Origin: Carcharhinus amblyrhynchos
Lineage: Eukaryota
Length of the DNA: 64,000 nt
Assembly: GCA_965287045.1 (NCBI GenBank)
Contig: OZ336890.1
Location: forward strand, 30,132,001 to 30,196,000
Direction of reading: 5' to 3'
Position numbers and translations under genes: made by a program. The notes under the pieces were generated by a model that was not told the DNA's origin, did no database searches, and was given only the letters and a program-made list of their open reading frames with translations. Shown in pieces: positions 14,001-25,544 of the stretch. The stretch's first letter is position 1, and each line of letters opens with the position of its first letter.

Positions 14001-14229
14001 GCTTGTGATGGATCCCTGTGACTGAATTGTTACACTGGACAGTTACAAATGCATCTGAAATAAATATGATAATCTATTAGCACCTATCCTTTAAGGTATA
14101 GAAGCGCGAAATAGAAACATTGAATATGATACAAGTTATATACTGGTATTACTCACCACCAGCTTCAATGGTCACAAAGAAGGAAATCACAATAAAACAA
14201 AGAATTTTTGGAAAATGGTAAGTTGCCAT
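4940..14229 (-). CDS. B7-family immunoglobulin-superfamily type I membrane protein gene, PD-L1/PD-L2 (CD274/PDCD1LG2)-like; multi-exon, possibly a young pseudogene
   Basis: GT-AG exons in order signal peptide / IgV / IgC / TM / short tail exons, joined by phase-1 introns. IgC has SCTTVGYPLAELHW...EDKLYNITSYISV...NYSC (cf. PD-L2 TCQATGYPLAEVSW, PD-L1 EEKLFNVTSTLRI). IgV starts DAFVTV (cf. PD-L1 AFTVTV). Confidence 0.8.
5444..6481. mobile_element. GC-rich non-autonomous TIR element (Harbinger-like MITE)
   Basis: Termini GGGGGCGATTCTCC...GGAGAATCCTGG; relatives at ~3533-4190, 7685-8162, 18232-18905, 52806-53640. Confidence 0.55.
6665..7185 (+). mobile_element. L2-clade LINE 3' relic (similar relics at ~32660-32790 + and ~36620-37000 -)
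   Basis: LSPSAAQTLINAFIPSNLKYTSSLLAGL. Confidence 0.6.
7187..7500 (-). mobile_element. HE1-type tRNA-derived SINE
   Basis: Reverse-complement head GGCACAGTGGTTAGCA..GGTTCAATTCC, V-SINE core GGGTTTCCTC, CR1-like (ATTCTATG) tail; partial copy at 4192-4378. Confidence 0.85.
8323..8478 (-). CDS. B7/PD-L-like gene, stalk + transmembrane exon
   Basis: Acceptor gccatttcag|GA, 156 nt, RRSIGVYFSLPFIIIIFTLLAMMVFFNRGNR (TM helix plus basic stop-transfer), donor CAAG|gtacaa. Confidence 0.75.
11005..11262 (-). mobile_element. tRNA SINE, HE1 head/core with alternative tail
   Basis: Tail aaattctccctcagtgtacccgaa...gtaagcctacttgtgac. Confidence 0.85.
11522..11760 (-). CDS. B7/PD-L-like gene, IgC (CD80-like C-set) exon
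   Basis: Acceptor gttttcag|CC, donor GCAA|gtaagt; GLSCTTVGYPLAELHWQ...LYNITS...NYSCSV. Length is 239 nt, one short of a phase1-phase1 exon. Confidence 0.85.
12802..13145 (-). mobile_element. HE1-type SINE (intronic in the B7-like gene)
   Basis: Full-length head, core and tail. Confidence 0.9.
13740..14054 (-). CDS. B7/PD-L-like gene, IgV exon
   Basis: Acceptor tttatttcag|AT, 315 nt open: DAFVTVQCNNSVTGIHHKRTVLACEY...SW...GNVILIINKTEILDEGKYQLFLDCGSGGFKTKDIELLVK; donor AAG|gtaggt. Confidence 0.85.
14157..14229 (-). CDS. B7/PD-L-like gene, signal-peptide exon (MATYHFPKILCFIVISFFVTIEAG)
   Basis: Acceptor ttttaaacag|att (exon starts 14252), ATG at 14229, hydrophobic core ending EAG, donor G|gtgagt; 73 coding nt = phase 1. 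Confidence 0.85.
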
Positions 14230-14770
14230 TCTTTTCCAGGGCTTTCAAGAATCTGTTTAAAATATTGGAATAACTCATTACTGGCACATAATAAGTTTTG
14301 GGGACATTTGTTTTGCACTCAAATGCTATACTTATTTGGCACAATTAATTGAGACTGGGTGCTCAGGTTCCTGAGTCTTGTGTTCAAAAACAGATCAAGA
14401 CTTACATGGTTTTCTGCACATCCTACTTGTGATCTGAACACTGTGGTCTCCACTTTTGCTTATGCTGCAATCAGAACAGCAGCCTGAAACATGGACCACA
14501 GATTCCAGATAATAGCTCAGGATTTTTTATAACTGGCTAAATTGGTAAGTATGACATTGGTTTAACTACCCAACTAGGAATCAAGCTAGTGTTAAATCAA
14601 ATTGTTGGTGCAATGCTTATATCTGCAGTGTTTGAATGCGTGTCCTTCGACTTAGGGGGAAAAGATGGTAATATTTGAGCGAAGTGAATAAATAAAAATT
14701 GCAGTTCACAAAAGTGTGAATAATTTGACTCCAAGTCCTGATGAATGGGATAGTACTGAGGTAAAGAATC

Positions 14771-15633
14771 TGGGGGCGATCTTACCGCTTGTCACGATGG
14801 TCAATCAGCAGGGCGAGCCAATAAGATTGCAAGAGAGGCGAAGAAAATGGGAAGGGCGCGAGGCTGATGTAAATATTTCAATCTGCATTTCAATGATGTT
14901 AGTGAGCCCAGGACAGAATTGTTCAGGCTCACTTGCCTTAACAGCCACGGAGTTGTAGGTCCTCCCTGGCAAGGATCACCAGAAATGAGGACCAGTTGTG
15001 ATGGCCTCACTGTGTGACTGGAGGCTACTGAGACCCCTCATGTGGTTGGCGGTGGGAGAGCAATGCCCCTTTGGCAGAGCCAGCCTGGCTATTGGGGCAG
15101 CAATCAGCCGGGAGGCAGGGAAAGGAGGTGGCAATCAGCCGGGGGTGGGGTGGTGGTTGGTGGTTGAGTGGGGTATGGGGGTGGCGATCAAACAAGGAAG
15201 CCAGCGATCATCTGGGGAGGACAGGGATGGGTCTCAGAGTTCAGTGATCATCCAGGAAGGCAAGCAATCAAGGGGAGAAGCAAGAGATCAGCTGGGGAGG
15301 CCAGGGATCGAAGCGAGTGGACAGTGATTGTCCAGGAGGGCCAGCGATCAAAGGGAGAAGCCAGCAATCGAAGATGGAGTCCAGCAATCATTAACAGATC
15401 GCTCAGTGTTCTCTGTACACAGTACACTCAGAGATCAAGGTGTGTGCGCAATAGTGTTCCTCGCAGTCAACAGCTGGCTTCCTGATGAGAATAGATTCTG
15501 TCCACTTTCCCCACTGTCGTGAATCACACTTTGCCTCTCTTTTTGCACTAAGTGCCACGTGATTTCATCTGTGCGCTCATCCAAAAAATGGATGCGATTT
15601 TCTCCTGCTTGTTCAACACTTAAAATCGCCCCT
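14771..15633. mobile_element. GC-rich non-autonomous TIR element (Harbinger-like MITE)
   Basis: TIRs GGGGCGATCTTA...TAAAATCGCCCC. Confidence 0.6.
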
Positions 15634-16307
15634 TATATCTTTGTGATGGTAGTTGCAATCTCAACAGTTTTCACAGTACAAATTGTTAATTATCATGGCT
15701 AAACTAAGAGACTATTCATAGTAACATTGATTGGATGTTCTCCATTGGTTTTACTATATATTTTCTTGTGTAAAAGTGTTTCTTAAGTAACGTTTATAGA
15801 GCTTCAAATTAAACAATAGAGCACTATATGCAAATACATACTGATTTAATTTCAGTTGTCGAAAATAATTAAATTAACACCAGTGTTAGAATTTCAGAGG
15901 AAAAAAGTTCACAGAAATCCAAGTGTTGAAAGGCTGCACACCATTGTAATTGTCCTCAGTCACAAATATTTGAGTTCAGCTGTTAGCTTTTACCTTGAAC
16001 ATTTATCGTGGTAACTTGCACCATTTCACTGAGAGCAGATGCTGGAAATCTATTTATTGGAACCTCATATTTTTAAATAGCTTTCAATGGAAAGAAGAGA
16101 TTTTTTTGTACAAGCATTTAAAGAAAGTAAGGATGGCTAAGGGTAATTTGGGTCCCTTAAAGAGAGATGCAGATAACATTGTAACTAAAAATTGGGAAAT
16201 GACAGACTCTTTAATTATTTCCTTTGTACTGAAGTTCACAGGAGAGGAGGATGATAAAGTGCCAGAAATATGAGAAAATTGACGGGAGTGGACAGCGATC
16301 AACCAGG

Positions 16308-16630
16308 GGAAGCATGATGGCACAGTGGTTAGCACTACTACTTCACAAAGCCAGGGACCCAGGTTTGATTTCCGGCTTGGGTCACTGTCTGTGTGGAGTT
16401 TGCACATTCTCCCCAGGTCTGTGTGGGTTTCCTCCGGGCTCTCCAATCTGTGGGAGGAGAATGTGGATCCTCCCACAATCCAAAAGATGTGCAGGTTAGG
16501 TGGATTGGCCATGCTAAATTCTCCCTCAGTGTACTCGATCAGGCGCCAGAGTGTGGCAACTAGAGGATTTTCACAGTAACTTCACTGCAGTGTGAATGTA
16601 AGCCTGCTTGTGACTAATAAATTAACTTTA
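16308..16630 (+). mobile_element. tRNA SINE, alternative-tail family
   Basis: A/B-box head at 16318-16375, core, tail; sits next to an old CR1 fragment 16080-16300. Confidence 0.88.
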
Positions 16631-16959
16631 ACAACTAAAGGCAAATCAAAGGAAGGAACTTTGTGAGATTGCCCCATATTCTTCAACACTTTGGATCATT
16701 AGAATCTATCAACAGCCCTTCAGAATATACAATTAGTATATCAATTGCCCTTTGCGGAAGATGGTTCCAAACAGTACAACACAGTCACACACTCATACAC
16801 ATCTATGTTTAAATTTCATCAGCACTGCTATAGTTAAAGAAAACGTGATCAGGCAACTTTCCATCAAATTAATTTTAACTAATTATCAGTCCTTACAATT
16901 TGCCATCCCTTTATACTTAGTGTACTGCACTTGTCTGGGTCCAAAATCCCTAACCTTGA

Positions 16960-17426
16960 TGGTCTGGGTCACTTGAGTTCTGGTATGGGTCAGGTTTGGT
17001 ATGGGTCAGGTCTGGTGTTGTTAAGGTCTGGTATTGGTCAGGTCTGGTATGGGTCAGATCTGGTATGGATCAGGTCTGGTATGGATCAGGTCTGGTATGG
17101 ATCAGGTCTGGTATGGATCAGGTCTGGTATGTGTCAGTTCTGATATGGGTCAGTTCTGGTATGGTCAGTTCTGGTATGGGTTAGGTCTGGTATGGTCAGT
17201 TCTGGTATGGATCAGGTCTGGTATGGTCAGTTCTGGTATGGTCAGTTCTGGTATGGGTTAGGTCTGGTATGGTCAGTTCTGGTATGGATCAGGTCTGGTA
17301 TGGTCAGTTCTGGTATGGTCAGTTCTGGTATGGGTTAGGTCTGGTATGGTCAGTTCTGGTATGGGTTAAGTCTGGTATGGGTCAGGTCTGGTATGGGTTA
17401 GGTCTGGTATGGGTCAGGTCTGGTAT
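16960..17426. repeat. Minisatellite, 15/16-bp unit (GGTCTGGTATGGGTCA / GTTCTGGTATGGTCA)
   Basis: About 30 tandem imperfect copies. Confidence 0.95.
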
Positions 17427-18974
17427 GACTGGAGAACAGGCAATCACCAATGTTCCAGGATGATGAAGGGAAATGGGACATCATGTGATGTTTAGATTGG
17501 CTGGGATCACCTGATCGAGGGAGGGGTAGGACAGGGAGACATATTTTCCAGAATTTCTCCTGCTCATTTGAATCTAGGTTTTAGTGGATAGATTGGATAA
17601 TTGGGGGAGATGGGATGGGGGTAAATGATGAGTGAAGGGTGGGGGGGATGATGCGGGGGGGGTGATGGGTAGGGGGTTGATAAGTAAGGGAGGAGGGGAG
17701 GAAGAGGAGGAGGGGAATGAGGAGTGAGATAAGGAGGGGGGTTTAGGGGGGGAAGTGAGGAGATGTGGGTCAGAGGGGCTAAGGAAGAGGGTGGTGAGGG
17801 TAGGAGGGGGGTAGGAGGGGAATGGGGGAGAGTCGTGGGTGTTTTATTCACCCCAGTTCTGCCCCTACTCAAAATGGAAATGAAAACCAGGCGGGATATA
17901 TAACAGGCTCCTGATGTTTCCCACTCCCAGAAACACTCAGTAGCTCTGACAGTTTCTGTGGAGAAAGAAACATGTCAGCTCTGTGACCTCTCATCAGCTG
18001 TTGTAAGCAAGAAGATTAGAATTTATGTGAGCATTTTCCTTCTGTCAGAATGATAAACATGAAATAAGCAGATGGATGAGTGCACTCACATAAATATGCA
18101 ACACACACACACACACGCAGACTATGTAACACATAAACACACACATATACACGTACACACAAACTATGCAACACACACACACAAACTACGACACACACAC
18201 ACATACACACACACACACATACACACGCAGAGGGGGGCAATCTCACCAAAAACACTCTACGGGCTGCATGAGCGCGAAAATGGGAGAAAATCACATTTTT
18301 TGACGAGCTTCCAGACACAACTGTATGGCACTGAGGAAAAAATCAGCCAATCTGTGATTCTTGCCAGCAGGGGGAATGGGTGGAGCCTATTCACACAGAA
18401 AACTGGCTGCTGAGCTCGAGGGGTGCCATTGTGCAGGTACCCCAACCTTCCACGTGTACAAGAAATCTGGAACTCCTCCCACCCCCTGGACATCATTCCC
18501 TCTGTCATAGTCATTCTCCACCCACACCCCCGTACGCTCCCCCCCCCACCCCCATCATCACTCTGCTGCCCTGACTGATCACAAAACCCCCATCACCTGA
18601 TCATCCAATGACTTGGCCAATTCCCAACCCTCCTGGATCCTAAAGCAGTGTACCCCCTTCCCTCTTCCCCATGGAACACCCTCTGCCTTCCCCATCATGG
18701 CCCCACTCCCTTCAGGATCCTCTCACTCAGGCCATGCCCCCTTCCAGCCATGCCCCCTTATGGCCTTGCTTCCATGACACTGCCTAGTGTCCAGTGGGCA
18801 GAGGACAAGGTACCTAGTGGGCATTGCCAGGGTGCCAGGCTAGCAGTGTGAAGGTGCCAAGCTAGCCATGCCAAGCTTGCAATACCCAAGAGGTGTAAAA
18901 CTGGGCGAGAGGTGAAATATCAAGCTCACACCCAATCTTACCAGTTTGCCACTTCAATTGACATCACCCCGAAA

Positions 18975-19600
18975 AACTACACAAAACACACACAGACTAC
19001 ACAAAACACACACAGAAACTACACAAACACACACACACACAGGCGACACAAAATACACACAGAAACTACACAAAATACATACAGACTACACAAAACGCAT
19101 ACAGAGATTACACAAAACACACACACACAGGTAGACTACACAAAACACACAGCAACTGCACAAAATGCACACAGACTACACAAAACATACACAGACTACA
19201 GAAAACACACAGAATACACAAAACACACACACACAGATAGACTACACAAAACACACACACAGACTATACAACACACACACACAGATAGACTACACAAAAC
19301 ACACACACAGACTATACAAAACACACACACTCAGATAGACTACACAAAACACAAAGAAACTACACAAAATACACACAGACTACACAAAATATACAGACTA
19401 CACAAAACACACACACACAGATAGACTACACAAAACACACACACAGACTACACAAAACACACATAGGAACGACACAAAATACACACAGACTACACGAAAC
19501 ATACATACAGACTACACGCAGCAGAGTACACAGAATATACACACACGAACTACACAAAATATATACACAGAGATTACACAAAACACACACAGACTACACG
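18975..19600. repeat. AC-rich tandem repeat (CACAGACTACACAAAACA variants); (CA)n-rich tracts also at 1-245, 18095-18226 and 54185-54270
   Basis: Directly visible low-complexity periodicity. Confidence 0.9.
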
Positions 19601-19616
19601 GAAACTTTTTTTGTAC

Positions 19617-20215
19617 CTGGGTTCTGATGAAGACTCTCTTTCACTGAGAAGTGTGTTTAAAAATGAAAACGATGCCTCCACGGACCGGGATCTTAAGTGA
19701 AAGGGGAAAAAAGCGGCATTGAGCAAGTTTAAATAATTTCTCAGATCTGTTTACAGGAAAAACCGGAATGGCTTCGCAGAATCTTCCGACAGCGCCACTT
19801 TATGCAGACACTGAACTCAATGGGTTATTTTATAAATGTAGTTACAGATAGATCGAGAATTCAAAATTATTTACTGAAAAGGGCAGAAGCAAATCTATTG
19901 TAAACCGCCCAAAATGGTAATTCGCGGTTATTTCACCTCATATTATTTTGCCATTCTGGAATCTCTGGCATAGGGATATAGCCTGAGGGATAATAGACTC
20001 TCAGTAAATGGCGATGCGGCGATCTGGTCGCTGCTATCCTTTCTGTCGATATGTCGAGATTATTTTGGAGCATTCATCCTCCACCGAAACTAAAAAACTG
20101 CGTGGGAAATTAGAATGATGCAGCTTTTGGTATCGTCCCTGACAGCATTATCAAAGTAGAGAATCTACTCTTGCCCGTCCTAGTCCCAGTTACTGTTAAG
20201 AGTTTCTGTTTCGTT
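19617..20215 (-). promoter_or_regulatory. Candidate CpG-rich promoter / non-coding first exon of the B7/PD-L-like gene with interferon-response motifs
   Basis: Non-repetitive, locally CpG-rich; minus-strand donor CCAG|gtacaa at 19617; ISRE AGTTTCTGTTTCGT 20201-20214; GAS TTCGCAGAA 19773-19781; TTC-N4-GAA 19622-19631. Confidence 0.45.
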
Positions 20216-20229
20216 CTGAGGGACGCTTG

Positions 20230-22630
20230 CCACTTAGATTTAATCACTGCCAGAAATCAGTCAAACGTGTGCATGATAGTCCCCCAAATCCATGGTCATT
20301 CCAGAGGTTTCCCACCAGGTGGTTGACAGCAACCCACCAGAACAGTTACAAAGTGGTCAGGGGTCCAAATGCATCCATGTTGAATATCCTGCATGCAATG
20401 AAGTGCACTTACACACTTCGTCAAGGACACAAAAAGTATTAGCAGGTCTGACAGCATCTGTGGAGAGAGAAGAGAGTCAACGTTTAGAGTCTGGATGACT
20501 CTTGGTCAGATCCAGGAAGAGTCATCCAGACTCCAAACATTGGTTCGGTTCTCTCCAGTCTCTTCATCCAGACTCCAAACTTTGGCACTAATCCCTCTCC
20601 ACAGATGCTGTCAGACCTGTTGAGATTTTCCAGCGTTTTCTGTTTTTATTTCAGCTTCCAGCATCCACAATATTTTGCTTTTACACAAGAAGTATTTGTA
20701 AATAAGGAAAAAAATGTGCATAGAAGCTGGCGGCTTTAATGGCTGCTTTGGCCGACATGTCATCCACAGACCTTCTGAATGTCTTCTGCCTACCAGAGAG
20801 CTCCACCCCCTGGGGTGATTCCCCATTCTCAGTCCCAGTTGGACCATCAAGCCAGAAGACCCTCTACGGCTGTGTTGTCCTGAAAGGGACAATCACCACA
20901 TCCTTCCCCCTTCAACTCTTCTATACAATCTTCAAAACTAAGTTACTCAAGCCCAAATTCTAGCTGAACATTATACACATGTAAGAAGTCTCACAACACA
21001 AAATTTATTTGGAATCATGAGGCCCCAGCCCAACGCTGGCATCTCCGCATCATTATACACAGGAGTTGGGCAACTATAAATTGAGTCTTTGGGGTGGGTT
21101 GGCGGTTATGTTTCTTGTGGAGAGGTGCAATTCTGAGACACTTCCACCGGATTTACATTAACAGAAACTACAACAGTATATATCTCTTCTGGCACAGGTA
21201 GTTCATTACAACTTGCTTCCATGGAGACATCAGTTATGTCTATAACAAGTTGATCAAGTACTCAGGCACTTTGGTACTTAAAAATCTCGAAAACATTTCT
21301 TGATAGCTCATTCATGAGATCTTGAGTCTTGTGTGTCCAAACATAAACATTTACATTTAACTATGCATAGTTCCAAATACAGCCTTTCATAGAACTCTTC
21401 CATACAGACTCGCTGCTTTTCTATTTGTGCGGTCAATTCAGCAATCTTGTTTTTGCATGTAATCTCAGTTTCTTCCTCTGAAATTGCTGCCTTTTTTTTA
21501 CCTCTCTGGTTAATTTCTCATTGCCTAGTTCCCCCTCTTCATGCTCCCAGTCTTCTGATTCAATTCTTCACTGGACTTGATTCTAAGTTTCTGGATGCTT
21601 TTCATAGACTTCAGCTTATTCTCCATTGTCTCATTTAGTTCTGCTTCTTAACTTCATTTTCTAATGTAGTTTGCAAATTTGCTGTCAGTCATTTCATCTT
21701 GTTGTTTTGATGTCTTCTTTAGAGCTGTAATTCATTTTGCCGACTCTTCTTTATGTTCAATAATGCCCTCTTTGCTCTCTTTTTATCTTAACAAAAAAAG
21801 CACTGCAGCAACTTCCTGTCTTTTCTTCTACTTAAGCTCCTCTTTTTAAGAAATCATAGTTACAGCTCTTGCTTCTGAGGGCAATTTTCTTCTATTTCTT
21901 CCCATATACTTCCAAACCTCTGACTGCCTCAACCAATTCAGACTTGTTCTGTGTCTGACCCTCTGGGTCTTGCAATATTTCAACATATCACCACTCACAC
22001 ACCTTGGTCACTGGCAGTGTCCACATTATCCATCTTTATCCTTGTCACCAATGTAATGATGAATGTTTACAGACTTCCTCAGGAACACAGAAGGTATTTA
22101 TTAATAAGCAAAAACTTAAGAGGCTTGCAACCTCACCAGCCCACCGGCTGTTCCAGTCCCTACATGTCTTCTACAGGCTTTTTAGATGTTTTCTGCCTGA
22201 AAGAGAGCTCCACTCTCAGGGGTGATTACCCATGCTCAGTCCCAATTGATCCCTCAATCCAGGTGACCCTTTACTGTGTTGTTTTCCTTAAAGGGAAAAT
22301 CACCACGTTATCACTCTGCCCTTTTAATCATCCTTCAGTATAAGAGGGGTGTGATCCATTCCTCTTCTTGGGCTTGCTCACATTGGTACTGTATCACCTG
22401 ACAACAACAAATATTAAATAATTGCTTGGGTCAGTGAACAGATCTCTACTCATTATTGACCATTCACATGATTAGATAGAGGATCTAGTGGATTCCTCAA
22501 CACACGTGTGTTGCAACCTGCCTAATTTTCAGAAATGCAGTTTAATATAGTGGGATCGGTATGTTGTAAGATGTTGCATGTAATTCAGGAGCTCTCAGGA
22601 AGAAGTCTTGCGTCTTGTATGGTTTGACAG
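20230..22630 (-). pseudogene. Heavily decayed TRIM-like (RING/B-box/coiled-coil) coding relic with an internally duplicated module
   Basis: Minus-strand remnants: EL/TCNILQHTDPTILNC (RING-like start ~22590-22535), FCVPEEVC / FCVLDEVCKC (B-box2-like), AAISEEETEITCKNKIAELTAQIEKQRVCMEEFYE (coiled-coil-like ~21490-21380); many stops and frameshifts. Confidence 0.4.
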
Positions 22631-24609
22631 TAAATGTTTATGAAGTACTAGTGACTATGTACATATACACAATATAAGATGTAAGAGTTGTCTCCATGCT
22701 TGCCTCTACACACCTCTCTGTCAAGTACAAGACTCTAGATTGGATCATGTGTTCCATTACATCTCTGTGTGAGCCATATTACATCCACTTTCTATGCCAG
22801 ATCCTTATATTGCACTGTATACCTGTGCACAAACCCAGGGAGAATCTCCGGTTTGGCGCTGGGAAGTGGAATTCCTAACGGAGCCCCTGATTGACAAAGC
22901 TGTGAATGGGCCACAACCCTTCACTTTTGAAAGGGAACCTGGAACTCTTGGGGTTTATGAACATGGACTACTTCACTATTTGACCCAATTTAAATGGAGC
23001 TGAACACTGAGATCATTGGCAAAATCATTCACTTCTCACTTTGTGATGCCGAGATTGATGAAGCAACTTTAGATTAGACCTAAGGACCTCCTGGGCCTTG
23101 GGTTAATGGCCCCAGGAATGATTTATTACATTAAAAGTTCCAAAGAAATGCTAATTGTTACTTGTACACAACAACCCTGGAATCTTTCTAATGAGCCTTC
23201 TCTGTACTTTCTCTAAAGCCTTCACAGCCTTTCTCAAGTGTAAGGCCTAACTAGCATCTTATACAGCTTCAACAAATCTACAGATTGCTAATGAGGAGAA
23301 AATAATCTTATACAATCCCGCCCATGACTGAGAGACAAGGAAACATTTTATGATGCAAAAAATTGGGGACAATAGCTTTTAGGGAAGGAAAACCAAGTCA
23401 GTTACTTACATCACAAAAGAAAATTTTGTAAAACATTGGGTAAATAGCACGACAAATATTACAACAGTGGTGCCCATAACTCTTATCATCAGGGGTGTGT
23501 CATAATTTGTTTTGTGTCATGTGACACATTGCTTACTGAACTTACATCATTAACGCAATGGGAAAGCTGCTGTCACTTTGTTTCAACATCAGGAACTACA
23601 CTTCAGCACTTAGACTACCTATAAGTAATATCAAGATAGATCAGTTAATAATTTAATGATTGTCTGCAAGAGATCCAACAAAATAGTAAATAATTACATC
23701 TTGCAATGGTTTTAATTTTTATTGCATTTCTATGTTCATTAATTGAACATATCAAAGTACAACATTTTTTAAACTCTGATATTTCTAGATCTAAAGCAAT
23801 CTGAATTAATATGACTTAATTAGTTGTGAAAATATGTCTTCATGCTTTATTTATTAAAACTAACAGATTAATTAAAAATCAGGATTTGGACTCCATTTTG
23901 TCATATGGATATAACAGGAGTTTTGGATAACTTTATAGCCTTAGTACATGCCTGAGAATGGATGTAAGATAAGCTGCATGCTAAAATTTACCTTTACTTC
24001 TCAAATGGTTTTCACAAGAGACCAACTTCCATGTCTTTTTTTTTGGTTGTTTTCTCCCCCTCCCACAGGTTCAACTGGTGGCAGCAGTATTCTGATAACT
24101 TGTGTAAGTGGATATTAGATAGCAGGCTGTTTCAGTACAGAGCGTATTAACACCAAACAGGTCTACTGCCCACACATACAGGAGTCAGTGGACAGTAATC
24201 AGGAGCTGGAGTGCTCTTGAGTTTATTGAACCTTCCTAGTTTCTCACCAGGAGGAAGTGAAAAAAAACAGTACAGTGGAATTGCAAATAAGAAAAAGTTA
24301 TATTTGTAAAACCTCTTTCACATGTTCCAAAGTGCTTTCTGTCTAATGAAATATTTTTGAAGCAATTTCGCTGAGGAATCTTGGCAACAAGAGCAGGCAG
24401 GATCTGAAATAAAAAAATAGAAGATGCTGGAAAACTCTGGTAGCACCTGTGGAGAGAGAAACAGAGTTAACATTGCAAATCAGCAGGGCTCTTCTTTGGG
24501 GCTGAGGAGAGGTAAAAATGGCGGTGGGTTTTATTCTGTTAAAAGTAGGTTGGGGAGGGGCAGGGGCAGTTTGATTTGAGTGGAGTTGATGCATGCCATG
24601 ACTAACCTT

Positions 24610-25070
24610 TTGAAGCACTTCATAATAATTAATGTCAGAGGCACTGAGCAGTAGTCATTAATGCATTTTGCCTGGTTTTTCTTTGGTACAGTGATGATGG
24701 CCATTTTCTTGAAGCAGGTACGCAGGTCAGATCAGAGTAAGGAGTGATTGAAGAAGTTTGTGAACCCTCACCAACTGGTCCACGTAGGATCTGAGTGCTC
24801 ATCTGGCTACTCACTTTCTGTGGGTTAATTTTTAAGAAGGCCGATCTGACATCTGCAAAGCTTGGTCTGGTACTGTCTCTTGGTAGCATTGATGGTTCTC
24901 TATAGACCGTATCTGGTTTCTTGTATAGGTCATGGTCAACTGACTTGAACACTTCAGAACTGGACTTCAGTAAGCAGTGGATGTCCCTGATCATTCATGG
25001 TTTTCAGTTGGAAAATACGTGGATTTGCTTCTTTGGCACACAGTCTTCTACACACTGACTATTGAAGTGG
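24610..25070 (-). mobile_element. Rex1/Babar-like LINE internal fragment
   Basis: DLYKK, DVRSAFLKINPQK and remnants of the FKK...IIxVPKK...NDY motif region. Confidence 0.55.
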
Positions 25071-25093
25071 AGCAGGTGGCGAAAATAGTTGAA

Positions 25094-25362
25094 GTTAAAG
25101 TTTATTCGTCAATAGTAGGCTACGTTAACATTGCAATGAAGTTACAATGAAAATCCCCTATTGGCCACACTTTGGCGCCTGTTCGGGTACACTGAGGGAG
25201 AATTTAGCATGGCCAATCCCCCCAGCCAGTACATCTTTCGGACTGTGGGAGGAAGCCGGAGCACCCAGAGGAAACCCATGCTGACACAAGGAGAACAATG
25301 AGCCAAGCTGGGAATTGAACATGGGTCCCTGGCGCTGTGAGGCAGCAGTGCTAACCACTGTA
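25094..25362 (-). mobile_element. tRNA SINE, alternative-tail family
   Basis: Homology to 16308-16630. Confidence 0.85.
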
Positions 25363-25544
25363 CTGTTGATGATCAAGAGAGATTACATTGGAAAGATGTC
25401 AAGGGCAAAGATGAATGGAGTGGTAATGACAGTAATAAGATTAAAACAAGTGTTGAGTGTAGAAGAAAGGCTGGCTCTGAAAGCAAGATAGCAGAATGTG
25501 TTATTGGCAAAACAAGGATCAGCGCTTTCTGAAAGAAGGATCTC

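Noticed and set aside
16318-16380. tRNA genes
   Set aside because: tRNA-like A/B boxes are SINE heads that continue into SINE core; no full cloverleaf.
16931-17463. GQVWYG/LVWIRSG repeat-protein ORFs
   Set aside because: Translations of a 15/16-bp minisatellite, open in several frames.
18912-19424. 170-aa His/Thr-rich ORF
   Set aside because: AC-rich low-complexity repeat.
20611-20892. Claudin-like GLWMTC motif on the minus strand
   Set aside because: No TM helices or second Cys, and the paralogous copy has stops in that frame.
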